From positions 844,070 to 908,069 of the forward strand of contig NW_026782006.1 of NCBI RefSeq assembly GCF_031769215.1: DNA of 64,000 nucleotides, given 5' to 3'. Every line of letters starts with the position of its first letter. Positions within the stretch are counted from its first letter, which is position 1. The notes below the pieces were generated by a model, which was given only the letters and a program-made list of their open reading frames with translations, was not told the origin of the DNA and did no database searches. Positions 25,265-38,400 of this stretch are shown piece after piece. This stretch comes from Ylistrum balloti (taxonomy: Eukaryota). A program made the translations under genes and the position numbers.

Positions 25265-28200
25265 ATCTAACATAGGTAACTATATACCAATAGTCGGTTG
25301 AAGATCTAACATAGGTAATTATATACCAATAGTGTGTTGGTAGATCTAACATAGGTAACTATATACCAATAGTGTGTTGGTAGATCTAACATAGGTAACT
25401 ATATACCAATAGTCTGTTGAAGATCTAACATAGGTAACTATATATCAATAGTGTGTTGAAGATCTTACATAGGTAACTATACACCAATAGTGTGTTGGTA
25501 GATCTAACATAGGTAACTATATACCAATAGTGTGTTGGTAGATCTAACATAGGTAACTATATACCAATAGTGTGTTGGTAGATCTAACATAGGTAACTAT
25601 ATACAAATAGTGTGTTGGTAGATCTAACATAGGTAACTATATACCAATAGTGTGTTGGTAGATCTAACATAGGTAACTATATACCAATAGTGTGTTGAAG
25701 ATCTAACATAGGTAACTATATACCAATAGTGTGTTGGTAGATCTAACATAGGTAACTATATACCAATAGTGTGTTGAAGATCTAACATAGGTAACTATAT
25801 ACCAATAGTGTGTTGAAGATCTAACATAGGTAACTATATACCAATAGTCTGTTGGTAGATCTAACATAGGTAAATATATACCAGTAGTCTGTTGGTAGAT
25901 CTAACATAGGTAACTATATACCAATAGTGTGTTGGTAGATCTAACATAGGTAACTATATACCAATAGTCTGTTGGTAGATCTAACATAGGTAAATATATA
26001 CCAGTAGTCTGTTGGTAGATCTAACATAGGTAACTATATACCAATAGTGTGTTGGTAGATCAAACATAGGTAACTATACACCAATAGTGTGTTGGAAGAT
26101 CTAACATAGGTAACTATATACCAATAGTGTGTTGGTAGATCTAACATAGGTAACTATATACCAATAGTGTGTTGGTAGATCTAACATAGGTAACTATATA
26201 CCAATAGTGTGTTGGTAGATCTAACATAGGTAACTATATACCAATAGTGTGTTGGTAGATCTAACATAGGTAACTATATACCAATAGTGTGTTGAAGATC
26301 TAACATAGGTAACTATATACCAATAGTGTGTTGGTAGATCTAACATAGGTAACTATATACCAATAGTGTGTTGAAGATCTAACATAGGTAACTATATACC
26401 AATAGTGTGTTGAAGATCTAACATAGGTAACTATATGTTGGTAGATCTAACATAGGTAACTATATACCAATAGTGTGTTGGAAGATCTAACATAGGTAAC
26501 TATATACCAATAGTGTGTTGGTTAGATCTAACATAGGTAACTATATACCAATAGTGTGTTGGTAGATCTAACATAGGTAACTATATACCAATAGTGTGTT
26601 GAAGATCTAACATAGGTAACTATATACCAATAGTGTGTTGTGTTGGAAGATCTAACATAGGTAACTATATACCAATAGTGTGTTGTGTTGGTAGATTTAA
26701 CATAGGTAACTATATACCAAAAGTGTGTTGTGTTGGTAGATCTAACATAGGTAACTATATACCAATAGTGTGTTGAAGATCTAACATAGGTAACTATACA
26801 CCAATAGTGTGTTGGAAGATCTAACATAGGTAACTATATACCAATAGTGTGTTGAAGATCTAACATAGGTAACTATATACCAATAGTGTGTTGAAGATCT
26901 AACATAGGTAACTATATACCAATAGTGTGTTGGTAGATCTAACATAGGTAACTATATACAAATAGTGTGTTGGTAGATCTAACATAGATAACTATATACC
27001 AATAGTGTGTTCGTAGATCTAACATAGGTAACTATATACCAATAGTGTGTTGAAGATCTAACATAGGTAACTATATACCAATAGTGTGTTGGTAGATCTA
27101 ACATAGGTAACTATATACCAATAGTGTGTTGAAGATCTAACATAGGTAACTATACACCAATAGTGTGTTGAAGATCTAACATAGGTAACTATATACCAAT
27201 AGTGTGTTGGAAGATCAATAGTCTGTTGAAGATCTAACATAGGTAACTATATACCAATAGTGTGTTGTAGATCTAACATAGATCTAACATAGGTAACTAT
27301 ATACCAATAGTGTGTTGGTAGATCTAACATAGGTAACTATATACCAATAGTTGTGTTGGAAGATCTAACATAGGTAACTATATACCAATAGTGTGTAACT
27401 ATATACCAATAGTGTGTTGGTAGATCTAACATAGGTAACTATATACCAATAGTGTGTTGGAAGATCTAACATAGGTAACTATATACCAATAGTGTGTTGG
27501 TAGATCTAACATAGGTAACTATATACCAATAGTGTGTTGGTAGATCTAACATAGGTAACTATATACCAATAGTGTGTTGGTAGATCAAACATAGGTAACT
27601 ATACACCAATAGTGTGTTGGAAGATCTAACATAGGTAACTATATACCAATAGTGCGTTGGAAGATCTAACATAGGTAACTATATACCAATAGTGTGTTGG
27701 TAGATCTAACATAGGTAACTATATACCAATAGTGTGTTGGTAGATCTAACATAGGTAACTATATACCAATAGTGTGTTGGTACTAACATATACCAATAGT
27801 GTGTTGAAGATCTAACATAGGTAACTATATACCAATAGTGTGTTGGTAGATCTAACATAGGTAACTATATACCAATAGTGTGTTGGTAGATCTAACATAC
27901 GTAACTATATACCAATAGTGTGTTGAAGATCTAACATAGGTAACTATATACCAATAGTGTGTTGGTAGATCTAACATACGTAACTATATACCAATAGTGT
28001 GTTGAAGATCTAACATAGGTAACTATATACCAATAGTGTGTTGGTAGATCTAACATAGGTAACTATATACCAATAGTGTGTTGGTAGATCTAACATAGGT
28101 AACTATATACCAATAGTGTGTTGAAGATCTAACATAGGTAACTATACACCAATAGTGTGTTGGTAGATCTAACATAGGTAACTATATACCAATAGTGTTT
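25265..28200. repeat. Satellite I: 40-bp unit (AGATCTAACATAGGTAACTATATACCAATAGTGTGTTGGT), ~73 copies
   Basis: Period 40 (25321 -> 25361). Contains AGATCT palindrome per unit. Confidence 0.97.
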
Positions 28201-28849
28201 TGGAATATTTAACCAGCAAACTCAACAAAGATGTCTTCAACCAAACCTTTGATCATTTTTCTTTTTTTTTTTTTTTTCTTTGCACATGTCTTCTTTGATA
28301 TGAATGTATACATTAAATATGTTTCAGTATAATGTGACAGTTATATATCTGTACTGCAGTTCACCCTTCTTTGAAAAGAGAACTCTCATAACAAGAGAAG
28401 AAGGCATTTCTTTGATTAGAATTGTGTATGGTACAATTTTAGTGAATGGAGTAGAAAACTCAGTGATATCTCATTTAGATATTGTACAGCAAAAGAACAA
28501 ATGTTATTATGATCTTTTTTTATTCATACATGGAAATGCACATCTGATCTATAAAAATAAAGATAAAAAAGATAAAAGATAAAAAGGATATCATTATATA
28601 GTACTTTTATTGCATTTTTATTTTATCAATACTATATGAGAAAATTCAAATTTAAACATCCATCTGTGAAATACAACTTTAAATTCTTATCTCAGTTTTC
28701 TAATATATTGAAAAAGTGACCTGTGGGTTTTAAATCTAATTCATCTAACCTTTAAATGATTTGGAGGAAGCAATGAAAACAATGATTAAATGATGAATTA
28801 TAAATAACAGAACAACAAATCAACAACATCTTCTTCCTATCAGTTTCAC

Positions 28850-29230
28850 AATATTCTCACAATAACGCTAATGGTACTGGAGAAGAAGTTTAAGATGTGT
28901 TTTTCAACATGATGGATTTCAGACTGACCTAAAAAAAATAGGCACTTTGTGTTTCAGGCAGGATTGAGCTGAGTCCCAGTGGTGGAGCTTCAGGTTAAAA
29001 TGTGTTTTCAACATGGTGGATTTCAGACTGACCAAGAAAACCAGAGTTGCATCATGTTACAAGATAGCTTTTTTTGTTGTCATGGCAATGAAGATAAAAC
29101 TTTGTTGGATTCCTTTAATTTACATAACATCAGGCCAACTTCCAACTCAATAGCAGCAGTGGGACTGGAGAATTTTCAAAGTGTTTTTAAAGATGGCAAT
29201 CATGGCACACATAATGGATTTAGGGACACA
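28850..29230. mobile_element. SINE/MITE-like dispersed element, second locus (related to 13490-13720), ~4 half-units
   Basis: Shared motifs ACTGGA(G/C)AAGAAGT, GGATTTCAGACTGACC, CCAACT(C/G)AATA. Confidence 0.4.
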
Positions 29231-30249
29231 TTGAAAAATATGACACTTGAAAGAAGTTTATTACAATAAGTGTTTCTCAGGGATTATGGACTGATCCCAA
29301 AATAACAGCAGTTTGTCAAGATCATTGCAGGAACATTCCAGATAATATTAAACAAGAAAGGATTCTAAAATGCAAACATTTATGCACATAAAAGACACAG
29401 CAACTATAGATGATCCTCACTATACAGAGGAGAGAGCTAATCTTAAACACCTGTGAACCTCAAATGATAAAAATTGTGATTATTTAATATCTTTATAGTA
29501 ATCAATTGTTCTTCTGCCTGATCCAGGCTCTTCTGAAAAGTTCCACTCTATCTACAGGTCAGTACAGGTATGTGTCACCAAACTAAATAACATGCGTTTC
29601 TTGTCTACTCTTTGTACAACTAAGTGAAACACTGCTTCTGGCACAATATCAATCGCTATTAAGATAAAAAATCTTGATAATCCTAGGTACATATGTATGT
29701 GTAGTAATTCAGTGTAATATATATAATGTACATTATATCTTAAACCATTATCAAATGCAGGTTTATCACAGACTGAGTAACATGCTAGAATAAATAATGA
29801 AAAAGGCAACAGCAACAATCTTTACATGACATCAGTCACAAATCTTGTGACTTCTTTCACATGACAATCTCATAAGTACATCACATGTAAAATAATATAT
29901 TAATCTTCTACAACACAACCATTGGATAGTTACAACTTACACAAAAACATCATGTCATATCATCCAAGAACAATTCAGAAATTATCATTTTGGCTGCTTT
30001 ATCACATGTGAAACAAATTTAATTTCAAGTTGGTCCTCAATCAGAGGGACATGTAAACATAGTGGTCTGTAACAAATTCTAAGTAAAGAAAACAAAATCT
30101 ACACAGTCCTTAACGTGGTTATTAGTTCAATCATCTGACCTTCTAGGACTTTGTGTAACTGTGAAAGTGTTTCATAAACTTCAGTGAAGCTATATATATA
30201 TGTATTGGTTATATAGAAATGTGTCATATAGTTTATCATATACCAATCA

Positions 30250-30650
30250 TAATATAGTTATAATTGTAACTGTATTACAATGTTATATCACTTTGTTTAA
30301 CTACATTGTAATATAGTTATAACTGTAACTGTATTACAATGTTATATCACTTTGTTTAACTACATTGTAATATAGTTATAACTGTAACTGTATTACAATG
30401 TTATATCACTTTGTTTAACTACATTGTAATATAGTTATAACTGTAACTGTATTACAATGTTTATATCTACATTGTAATATAGTTATAACTTGTTTAACTA
30501 ACTACATTGTAATATAGTTATAACTGTAATATGTTATATCACTTTGTTTAACTACATTGTAATATAGTTATAATTGTAACTGTATTACAATTTTATATCT
30601 ATCTTGTTTAACTATAAGGTAATACCGTTATGTCTGTTTTACAATGTCAT
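30250..30650. repeat. Minisatellite J: 61-bp unit (TACATTGTAATATAGTTATAACTGTAACTGTATTACAATGTTATATCACTTTGTTTAAC), ~6.5 copies; unit has inverted-repeat character (TTGTAATA...TATTACAA)
   Basis: Period 61 (30251 -> 30312). Confidence 0.85.
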
Positions 30651-31479
30651 ATCATAATGTTTAACTACATTTTAAACCTTAAAAGCAAAAAGCAAAAATC
30701 TCTCAATTTCATGAAATTATAAGCTTACATCAGTTACTTTTGTAAAGTTAAAACCTTAAAACATTGGGAAAATTGATATAATAAAAAATAACAAAACATC
30801 ACTACAAAGAATAACAATAGGCCCAAGGGGCCTTAACGGTCACCAGAGGAATATATGTCAATAATCTGGGGATTTTAAAATGTTGCAAAAATGTAACAAC
30901 ACTTGTGCAGGACCGTGTGTAAAACATCTGTACCAAGTCTGAACATGATCCACCCAGTGGTTCTTGAGAGGAAGTCCAAAATGTCTTAGCCAAACAGAGG
31001 CAAGGGTTGCACATTTATATAAAGCAAATCATGTTTTCATTTACAAGTTGAAATATATCTTAGTAGATACATGTATAGCTAAAGTATACAAAAAATCAGA
31101 TCAATTTCAAGTCTATCCACAATCTTTTCCTTGCCTAATACAATAAGGCATCCAACTAAAAAAACTCCCATAAAACAATGTGAAAAAATCTTGTGGTACT
31201 TCTGAGACAGGAATATATATGTATAAAGGCTGAGAAATGTAGTGTTACCACAGTTATTGAACCATATTATACATGTAGCTCATTTTTTTCTCGCCTATAT
31301 GGTTGTCATAAACACACAACACGTCTTTATTAAAGATTAATATGTAACAACTATCAGAAGGGCTAATTTTGGACCAGTTATTTTTATTCTCACAAACTTT
31401 GCCGTTCTTTCCCTTAAGATCATCTATATGAAGTTACACTTTTGGTTCAAGACAACAAGATTTGCTAAGATTTAACAAA

Positions 31480-32200
31480 TTCTACCCCTTTCTGCCCATT
31501 AAATATGCCCCCATTGAGGCCACACCTTTTTCTATTGTAAACTTAAAGAAGCTTACTTTACCTAATTTTACTCCTTTTTTACCCCCACCTGGGGCCCCTA
31601 TTGCAGCCATTACTTTTTTCCCCAAACTAAATGTGTCTTATTACACAGATGCTTTGTGCTTAGTGTGGTTGTAACCCAAAAACATGGTCAATGCCATTAA
31701 AACCCATTTTCAAAAAAAAATCTAATTGACCCCTTTTTGCCACCCATGTGGCCCCAGAACCCCTCAGACACTTTTTTTCAACTCAAAGTCACATGTTCTT
31801 CACGTGAGGACTCTATATACTAAATTTGGTTCAAATCCACCAACTTTGAATTTTGACTCCTTTTTAGTGCCCCCTGGAGGGCCTGTTTCTGACCCAATTT
31901 TTTTCTAATTCACAAACTTTGTAGACCTTGCTCTAAGAATCATTCATTATGAATTTTAGGAAAATCTGACCGTTGGTTCATGAGAAGAAGATTTTTAAAG
32001 ATTTACCTAATTTTACCCCCTTTTCCCCCCTCCTGGGCCCCTATTGGGGCCATGCCCTTTTTCTTCGCAAACTTGAAGCGGCTTCCCATGGGGATGCTTT
32101 GTGCCAAGTTTGGTCAAAATCCATTGACTAGTTCTTGAGAAGAAGTCGAATATGTGAAAAGTTAACAACGCACGGCTCAGGTGACCTAATAAAATGCCAA
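31480..32200. repeat. Degenerate ~175-bp tandem/dispersed repeat family (..TTACC..TTTT..CCCCC..CTGG.GCC.....TTTTC...ATGCTTTGTGC.AAGTTTGGTCAAAATCCA..), ~4 diverged units
   Basis: Recurrent blocks at 31540, 31720, 31850, 32000. Related pieces at 30830-31000 and 63720-63960 (..AAATTTGGTGGAAACACATCCAAGCATT..). Confidence 0.55.
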
Positions 32201-32570
32201 AAATAATGTACAAAAATTAGATCTTAAAAATAATATCACTGGCATGACATTTTGATGAACTCTTTGTAAATGACATTGGTAATTTTTGCCAATGTTTTGA
32301 TCAAGTTCATTATATTATGAAAATAAAAATTTGATATCCTTATGAAGAACAATAGATATCACAAATGCATTGGTAAAATCTGTGATTTCAGATATTGGCT
32401 AGATAGATCAAAGCTCAAGGTTGCAGTTGTCCAGAATATAAATACTGAATTCCAAGGTACTGTAAATGGGGATCTTTGTGGACTCAATGACAATCTGACA
32501 TCTACCAACAACAAAACAACAGACAAAAGGCAGCTGTTTTTTCTATCGATAATAAAACAGTATTTGATAA

Positions 32571-32866
32571 TTAACAACCCAACATTTTCAGTGCTACTGC
32601 AAACCAGTTAGGTCCCAGTTCTAGGATTGAAGCGACTCTAGGGTGTGCTCTCTCAATCTGATCACAATATGAAATGGCCTTGTCTAGTAAAGACTGATCA
32701 TGGTCATAGATCTCCAGCACTCCTTTGGCTATGTTGACAACACTGTCTGACCATCCCCTTGTCTCAGTATTTAGGGGGAACAGCTCTGGCACCAGTGTCT
32801 TAAGCATCCACATGACGACAAAAGCTGCTACCAAAACGTTTTCTATTTCCATAGCAACTTTGTTTC
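32571..32866 (-). CDS. Gene C, last coding exon (G)NKVAMEIENVLVAAFVVMWMLKTLVPELFPLNTETRGWSDSVVNIAKGVLEIYDHDQSLLDKAISYCDQIERAHPRVASILELGPNWFAVALKMLGC*
   Basis: Minus acceptor ttttacAG (32867-32868). Phase-1 entry matches previous exon. Open to TAA at 32571-32573. No convincing internal donor, so treated as terminal. Product not recognised. Confidence 0.55.
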
Positions 32867-33177
32867 CTGTAAAATGAATATTTTACACAATGAAACAATA
32901 AGCTATTCGTTGATTTAGCTAATTGAATTCTGATCCAAAAACTTAATCCTCAATCTTATTCACAATGTTTTATTTATGACATGAGCCTTAAACTAGAACC
33001 TACTACATGTCTTTGTTATAAAAGAAACTAATTGTTTGCATTATTTCTCTCTATCCTATCCAAAGAATCTGTCTTAAACCAACAAGGAACAGAACACCAA
33101 AAAACAATATCATAAAAAAATTATTTGTTTGTGTAATCACATTTTGTTAAATTCCAAACATTGATTGAGTAAATCAC

Positions 33178-33274
33178 CTAATGACTTGAGTCCCGCAGTG
33201 TTCAGAGTCTCCATACAGGCCGTCAAATCAATGAAGAGCTCTTTCTCCACCTGGCTTCTGGTCCAACCTCCAAG
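33178..33274 (-). CDS. Gene C exon: LGGWTRSQVEKELFIDLTACMETLNTAGLKSL
   Basis: Minus acceptor tatatcAG (33275-33276). Donor AG|GTGATT at 33177. 97 nt, phase 0 in, phase 1 out, consistent with neighbours. Confidence 0.6.
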
Positions 33275-33769
33275 CTGATATACAAACAAGTTGTTTTTAT
33301 CTGTGTTACAATACTTCACTGGCTGTATCTTCTATAATATTAGTGGTATTTCAGCCACATCTCAGGTTTTTGGACATGGAGAAGATAAATGTTTCCTACG
33401 TGTGGAGTAACACTTCACATACCTGTAGTATGCTGCTAGGCTACAGAAAACTTCTCTAGGACAATTGAGCCTAGTAAACCAGAGGCCCAATGTGATGCAT
33501 TGAAATCAATAATGACATCTGTTACATACATAAATGGCATCGAATTATTCTGGAAATATCATCACTTGCAATAAAATTGTCTCATTACCACAATAGTATA
33601 CCTAGATCTCAATCAGATATTCTTTTTATCACACAATGTGCCCAATTCATTTTTGTGATTCTTCACACAACAATGATCAGTATCCAATGAAACTTACCAG
33701 CATCTACCAACTACAACAATGTCAAGTGCTTGTACACTATTTCTATATTTACTAGCTATAAATTTCTTC

Positions 33770-34875
33770 AGCTTCTAATAACTACAAACTACGTCAGCTT
33801 CTAATAACTACAAACTACGTCAGCTTCTAATAACAACAAACTACGTCAACTACAAACTACGTCAGCTTCTAATAACAACAAACTACGTCAACTACAAACT
33901 ACGTCAGCTTCTAATAACAACAAACTACGTCAACTACAAACTACGTCAGCTTCTTATAACAACAAACTACTTCAGCTTCTAATAACAACAAACTACGTCA
34001 ACTACAAACTACGTCAGCTTCTAATAACTACAAACTACTCAACCTCTATCAGGTACAGAGTACTTCAATTTCTTCAAACTACAAACCATTCCAGCCTTTT
34101 CAGGCTAGAATCTACTCCAACCTCTTCCAACTACAAACTACTCCAACCTCCTCCAACTACAAACTACTCAAACCTCTTCCAACTACAAACTACTCAAACC
34201 TCCCCAACTACAAACTACTCAAACCTTCCCAACTACAATCTAGTCAAACCACTTCCAACTACAAACTACTCAAACCACTTCCAACTACAAACTAGTCAAA
34301 CCACTTCCAACTACAAACTACTCAAACCACTTCCAACTACAAACTAGTCAAACCACTTCCAACTACAAACTACTCAAACCTTCCCAACTACAAACTACTC
34401 AAACCTTCCCAACTACAAACTACTCAAACCACTTCCAACTACAAACTACTCCAACCTCCCCAACTACAAACTACTCCAACCTCTTCCAACTACAAACTAC
34501 TCAAACCTCCCCAACTACAAACTACTCCAACCTCCCCAACTACAAACTACTCCAACCTCCCCAACTACAAACTACTCCAACCTCCCCAACTACAAACTAG
34601 TCAAACCACTTCCAACTACAAACTACTCAAACCTTCCCAACTACAAACTAGTCAAACCTCTTCCAACTACAAACTGGTCAAACCACTTCCAACTACAAAC
34701 TACTCAAACCACTTCCAACTACAAACTACTCAAACCACTTCCAACTACAAACTAGTCAAACCACTTCCAACTACAAACTACTCAAACCTTCCCAACTACA
34801 AACTAGTCAAACCTTCCCAACTACAAACTAGTCAAACCTCCCCAGTTCTTCAACCTCTTCCACCTGCCAACTACT
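33770..34875. repeat. Satellite K: compound 26-bp unit (CTACAAACTACTCAAACCACTTCCAA; 5' part ACTACGTCAGCTTCTAATAACAACAA), ~40 copies, + strand almost devoid of G
   Basis: Direct reading. Period 26 (34276 -> 34302). Confidence 0.9.
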
Positions 34876-35572
34876 TTTCAGTATTCACTAGCTAAATAGA
34901 GAATACATGGTCAGTGTCTTAAAATATCAGCTGTGTTTCAGCGAGGATGAAGTAATACAAGAGTAGCAAGCCTCTGGCGAGCAACTTTTGTCTTTCAGTC
35001 TTGAGCCAAAATGTGGATTATATTTAAAGACAATGATCATGTATTCTATTTATCCTGAAACACTGAATGAAAATCAGACAATCTAAACTTAAGAAGTTTT
35101 GTTGTTCTATCTTTGTTTATCTGTCCTTGATGTTACGCTGAATTTTGTCTGATGGCGTACACCAAAATAATTGCTCTACATAGAAATGTTGTTCAAAACT
35201 TTTATGAATTTTTGTAAATAAACGTATTCATAACAACATGTTAAATAGCTTATTTCAACACTTATTTATATCATCAAATGTAATTTTAAAATAAATTCAT
35301 AAAGTAATTCTATTGAATTATGGTATGTGCTAAAATAAAGCTGTTTTCCGTCACTGCCGAATGCAACACAAATATAAGTGGCAGGTGTATTCTGACAAAA
35401 GGAGTGCCAGTTGTAGGCTAAATACCATTACAGCATCTAATCATATTCATATCAACAAATTGCATTTATATGGCATGGATATACAAGGGTGTAAAAAAAA
35501 TACTCCATAATCGTTCCTGTATGTGTCATAGTTGTCTGGACACCAGGTGTGTTCTGAGGGGCATGTACTTAC

Positions 35573-35664
35573 TCTATTTTGAAGTGCTTTAAGAGTGTCA
35601 AGGTCTTTTTTACTCAGGTTTTTCAATGCTGCCTTAGCAACTGTTGGCATTATTGTCCCAACAT
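35573..35664 (-). CDS. Gene C exon: (D)VGTIMPTVAKAALKNLSKKDLDTLKALQNR
   Basis: Minus acceptor tatttcAG (35665-35666). Perfect donor GTAAGT (35572-35567). 92 nt, phase 1 in, phase 0 out. Confidence 0.7.
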
Positions 35665-35804
35665 CTGAAATATCTATGAAAAAGAACAAACAACATTTTT
35701 ATTGGCATCATTCTTACAAAATCACATCTGATTGGTCATAGATCAATGTTACAGGGCCAAAGGTCACACATCACAACTTTCGAAATGAATATTTGTGTCA
35801 TAAT

Positions 35805-37415
35805 TCCACCCTGTAACATGTCAGTTTCCAATCCTTGTCAAACTCACCCTGTAACATGTCAGTTTCCAATCCTTGTCAAACTCGACCTGTAACATGTCAG
35901 TTTCCAATCCTTGTCAAACTCACCCTGTAACATGTCAGTTTCCAATCCTTGTCAAACTCGACCTGTAACTTGTCAGTGTCCAATCCTTGTCAAACTCGAC
36001 CTGTAACTTGTCAGTGTCCAATCCTTGTCAAACTCACCCTGTAACATGTCAGTTTCCAATCCTTGTCAAACTCACCCTGTAATTGGTCAGTTTCAAACCC
36101 TGATCAAACTCAACCTGTAATAGGTCAGTTTCAAACCCTGATCAAACTCACCCTGTAATTGGTCAGTTTCAAACCCTAATCAAACTCACCCTGTAATATA
36201 TCAGTTTCAAACCCTGATCAAACTCACCCTGTAATAGGTCAGTTTCAAACCCTGATCAAACTCACCCTGTAATAGGTCAGTTTCAAACCCTGATCAAACT
36301 CACCCTCTCATATGTCAGTTTCCAATCCTTGTCAAACTCACCCTGTAACATGTCAGTTTCCAATCCTTGTCAAACACCCTGTAACATGTCAGTTTCCAAT
36401 CCTTGTCAAACTCACCCTGTAACATGTCAGTGTCCAATCCTTGTCAAACACCCTGTAACATGTCAGTGTCCAATCCTTGTCAAACACCCTGTAACATGTC
36501 AGTGTCCAATCCTTGTCAAACTCACCCTGTAACATGTCAGTTTCAAACCCTGATCAAACTCACCCTGTAATAGGTCATTTTCAAACCCTGATCAAACTCA
36601 CCCTGTAATATGTCAGTTTCCAATCTTTGTCAAACTCACCCTGTAATGTGTCAGTTTCCAATCCTTGTCAAACTCACATTGTAATTGGTCAGTTTCAAAC
36701 CCTTATCAAACTCACCCTGTAATATGTCAGTTTCACACCCTGATCAAACTCACCCTGTAATATGTCAGTTTCCAATCCTTGTCAAACCCACCCTGTAATA
36801 TGTCAGTTTCACACCCTGATCAAACTCACCCTGTAATAGGTCATTTTCAAACCCTGATCAAACTCACCCTGTAATTGGTCATTTTCAAACCCTGATCAAA
36901 CTCACCCTGTAATTGGTCATTTTCAAACCCTGATCAAACTCACCCTGTAATTGGTCATTTTCAAACCCTGATCAAACTCACCCTGTAATTGGTCATTTTC
37001 AAACCCTGATCAAACTCACCCTGTAATAGGTCATTTTCAAACCCTGATCAAACTCACCCTGTAATATGTCAGTTTCCAATCTTTGTCAAACTCACCCTGT
37101 AATGTGTCAGTTTCCAATCCTTGTCAAACTCACATTGTAATTGGTCAGTTTCAAACCCTTATCAAACTCACCCTGTAATATGTCAGTTTCACACCCTGAT
37201 CAAACTCACCCTGTAATATGTCAGTTTCACACCCTGATCAAACTCACCCTGTAATATGTCAGTTTCAAACCCTGATCAAACTCACCCTGTGATATGTCAG
37301 TTTCCAATCCTTGTCAAACCCACCCTGTAATATGTCAGTTTCACACCCTGATCAAATTCACCCTGTTATATGTCAGTTTCACAACCTGATCAAACTCACC
37401 CTGTAATATGTCAGT
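35805..37415. repeat. Satellite L: 38-bp unit, two interleaved subfamilies (TCAGTTTCCAATCCTTGTCAAACTCACCCTGTAACATG / TCAGTTTCAAACCCTGATCAAACTCACCCTGTAATAGG), ~42 copies
   Basis: Period 38 (35821 -> 35859). Every unit carries GTGAGT on the minus strand. Confidence 0.95.
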
Positions 37416-37522
37416 CTCAATGCCTGCTCGTCTTCGAAGTTTCTGAAACCTATCATCATCTACATGAAGACCTCTACTACGCTCCGCGGACCCATACCCA
37501 TAAGTCTGTTTTGAACCAGCAT
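37400..37522 (-). CDS. Gene C exon: (D)AGSKQTYGYGSAERSRGLHVDDDRFQKLRRRAGIETDILQ(G)
   Basis: Minus acceptor tttttccttAG (37523-37524). Donor GTGAGT is the first satellite-L unit (37399-37394). 123 nt, phase 1/1. Joins in frame to 40681-40759 and 35573-35664. Confidence 0.65.
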
Positions 37523-37599
37523 CTAAGGAAAAACAAAACAACAGAAATACTCAAAAGGTTGTTTACCCAATCATAATTAGTGAATGTCACAGATAAAAA

Positions 37600-38400
37600 A
37601 AAAGACATATCCTCACTGCCAACTTGTGACAATGTCATCCATGCCAATGATTTCTGTATTTTACAACTCGGCACCAATTGTTAGGGCCAATTATCTAACT
37701 CCACTTCAGACTCCAGATATAAATAACCTAATGATAATAATAATGGGCCAATCTCTGTTTTACCCATTTTATCTAAGATACTGGAAAGGCATGTACATAC
37801 CCATTTTATCTAAGATACTGGAAAGGCATGTACATACCCATTTTATCTAAGATACTGGAAAGGCATGTACAAACACAAGCTCATTGTCTCATCAAAGGCT
37901 TATACATTCCTATCTTCCCATTCAAGGTAGAATGAAGTTTTACAACTCATGTATTTTTCCCCATTTTATTTATTGCTGTACTGTATGGTCTGGATGTGAT
38001 GCAAATCATATGGGTAAATTATATAAAGCCCAGAAACAGGCAGAAAGAGTTATACTTAATGTGCCATATGATACACCTTCCTCTGATATGTCTTCTGTTT
38101 TAAAATGGATTCCAACTGAAAAATATTTTAAATTCAAGAGAATATGTTTGTTTTACAAATGTATTCATGGATTGGTGCCAGATTACTTAAGCCACAATAT
38201 CAAACTTGCTAATGATGAACACAGAAGATGTATCAGGTTCTCCGTGGCAAATAATGTTATTGTTCCTAAGCACAGAACTACATTTTACTCAAAACAATTT
38301 TTTATATCTGGTGCTCAGGACTGGAATAGTCTATCCAGTCTGTTAAAAGACATTCAAAATTTTAATTCTTTTAGAGACCAACTAGTTCATTACTTTTGAA
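37600..38400 (+). mobile_element. Non-LTR (LINE) retrotransposon remnant: N-proximal RT fragment (..PILSKILERHV..) fused to the conserved ORF2 C-terminal domain; 5'-truncated and internally deleted
   Basis: 171-aa ORF 37884-38399 shows the widespread LINE ORF2 C-terminal pattern (FPHFIYCCTVWSGC........L..AQKQAERVI.......S..M...LKWIP.EKYFKFKRICLFYKCIHGLVPDYL......A.....R.........PK.RT.FYSKQFFISGAQDWNSL). Upstream ..NYLTPL..PILSKILERHV matches the RT 'NYRPISLL...SKIlEk' region. (ATT)n microsatellite follows at 38745-38790. Confidence 0.7.
37740..37870. repeat. 37-bp tandem triplication (CCCATTTTATCTAAGATACTGGAAAGGCATGTACATA) inside the LINE RT fragment
   Basis: Direct reading. Duplicates the PILSKILERHVH coding segment. 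Confidence 0.85.

Noticed and set aside
28304-29269. Plus-strand ORFs 28304-28582 and 28979-29269
   Set aside because: The second lies within SINE/MITE-like repeat units. The first is AT-rich low complexity adjacent to a poly-T tract. There is no domain or splice evidence.
32013-32213. Minus ORF (..HGKPLQVCEEKGHGPNRGPGG..) and other short ORFs in the 31480-32200 repeat
   Set aside because: It lies in a degenerate multicopy repeat. The proline/glycine-rich translation follows from the CCCC/GGGG tracts.
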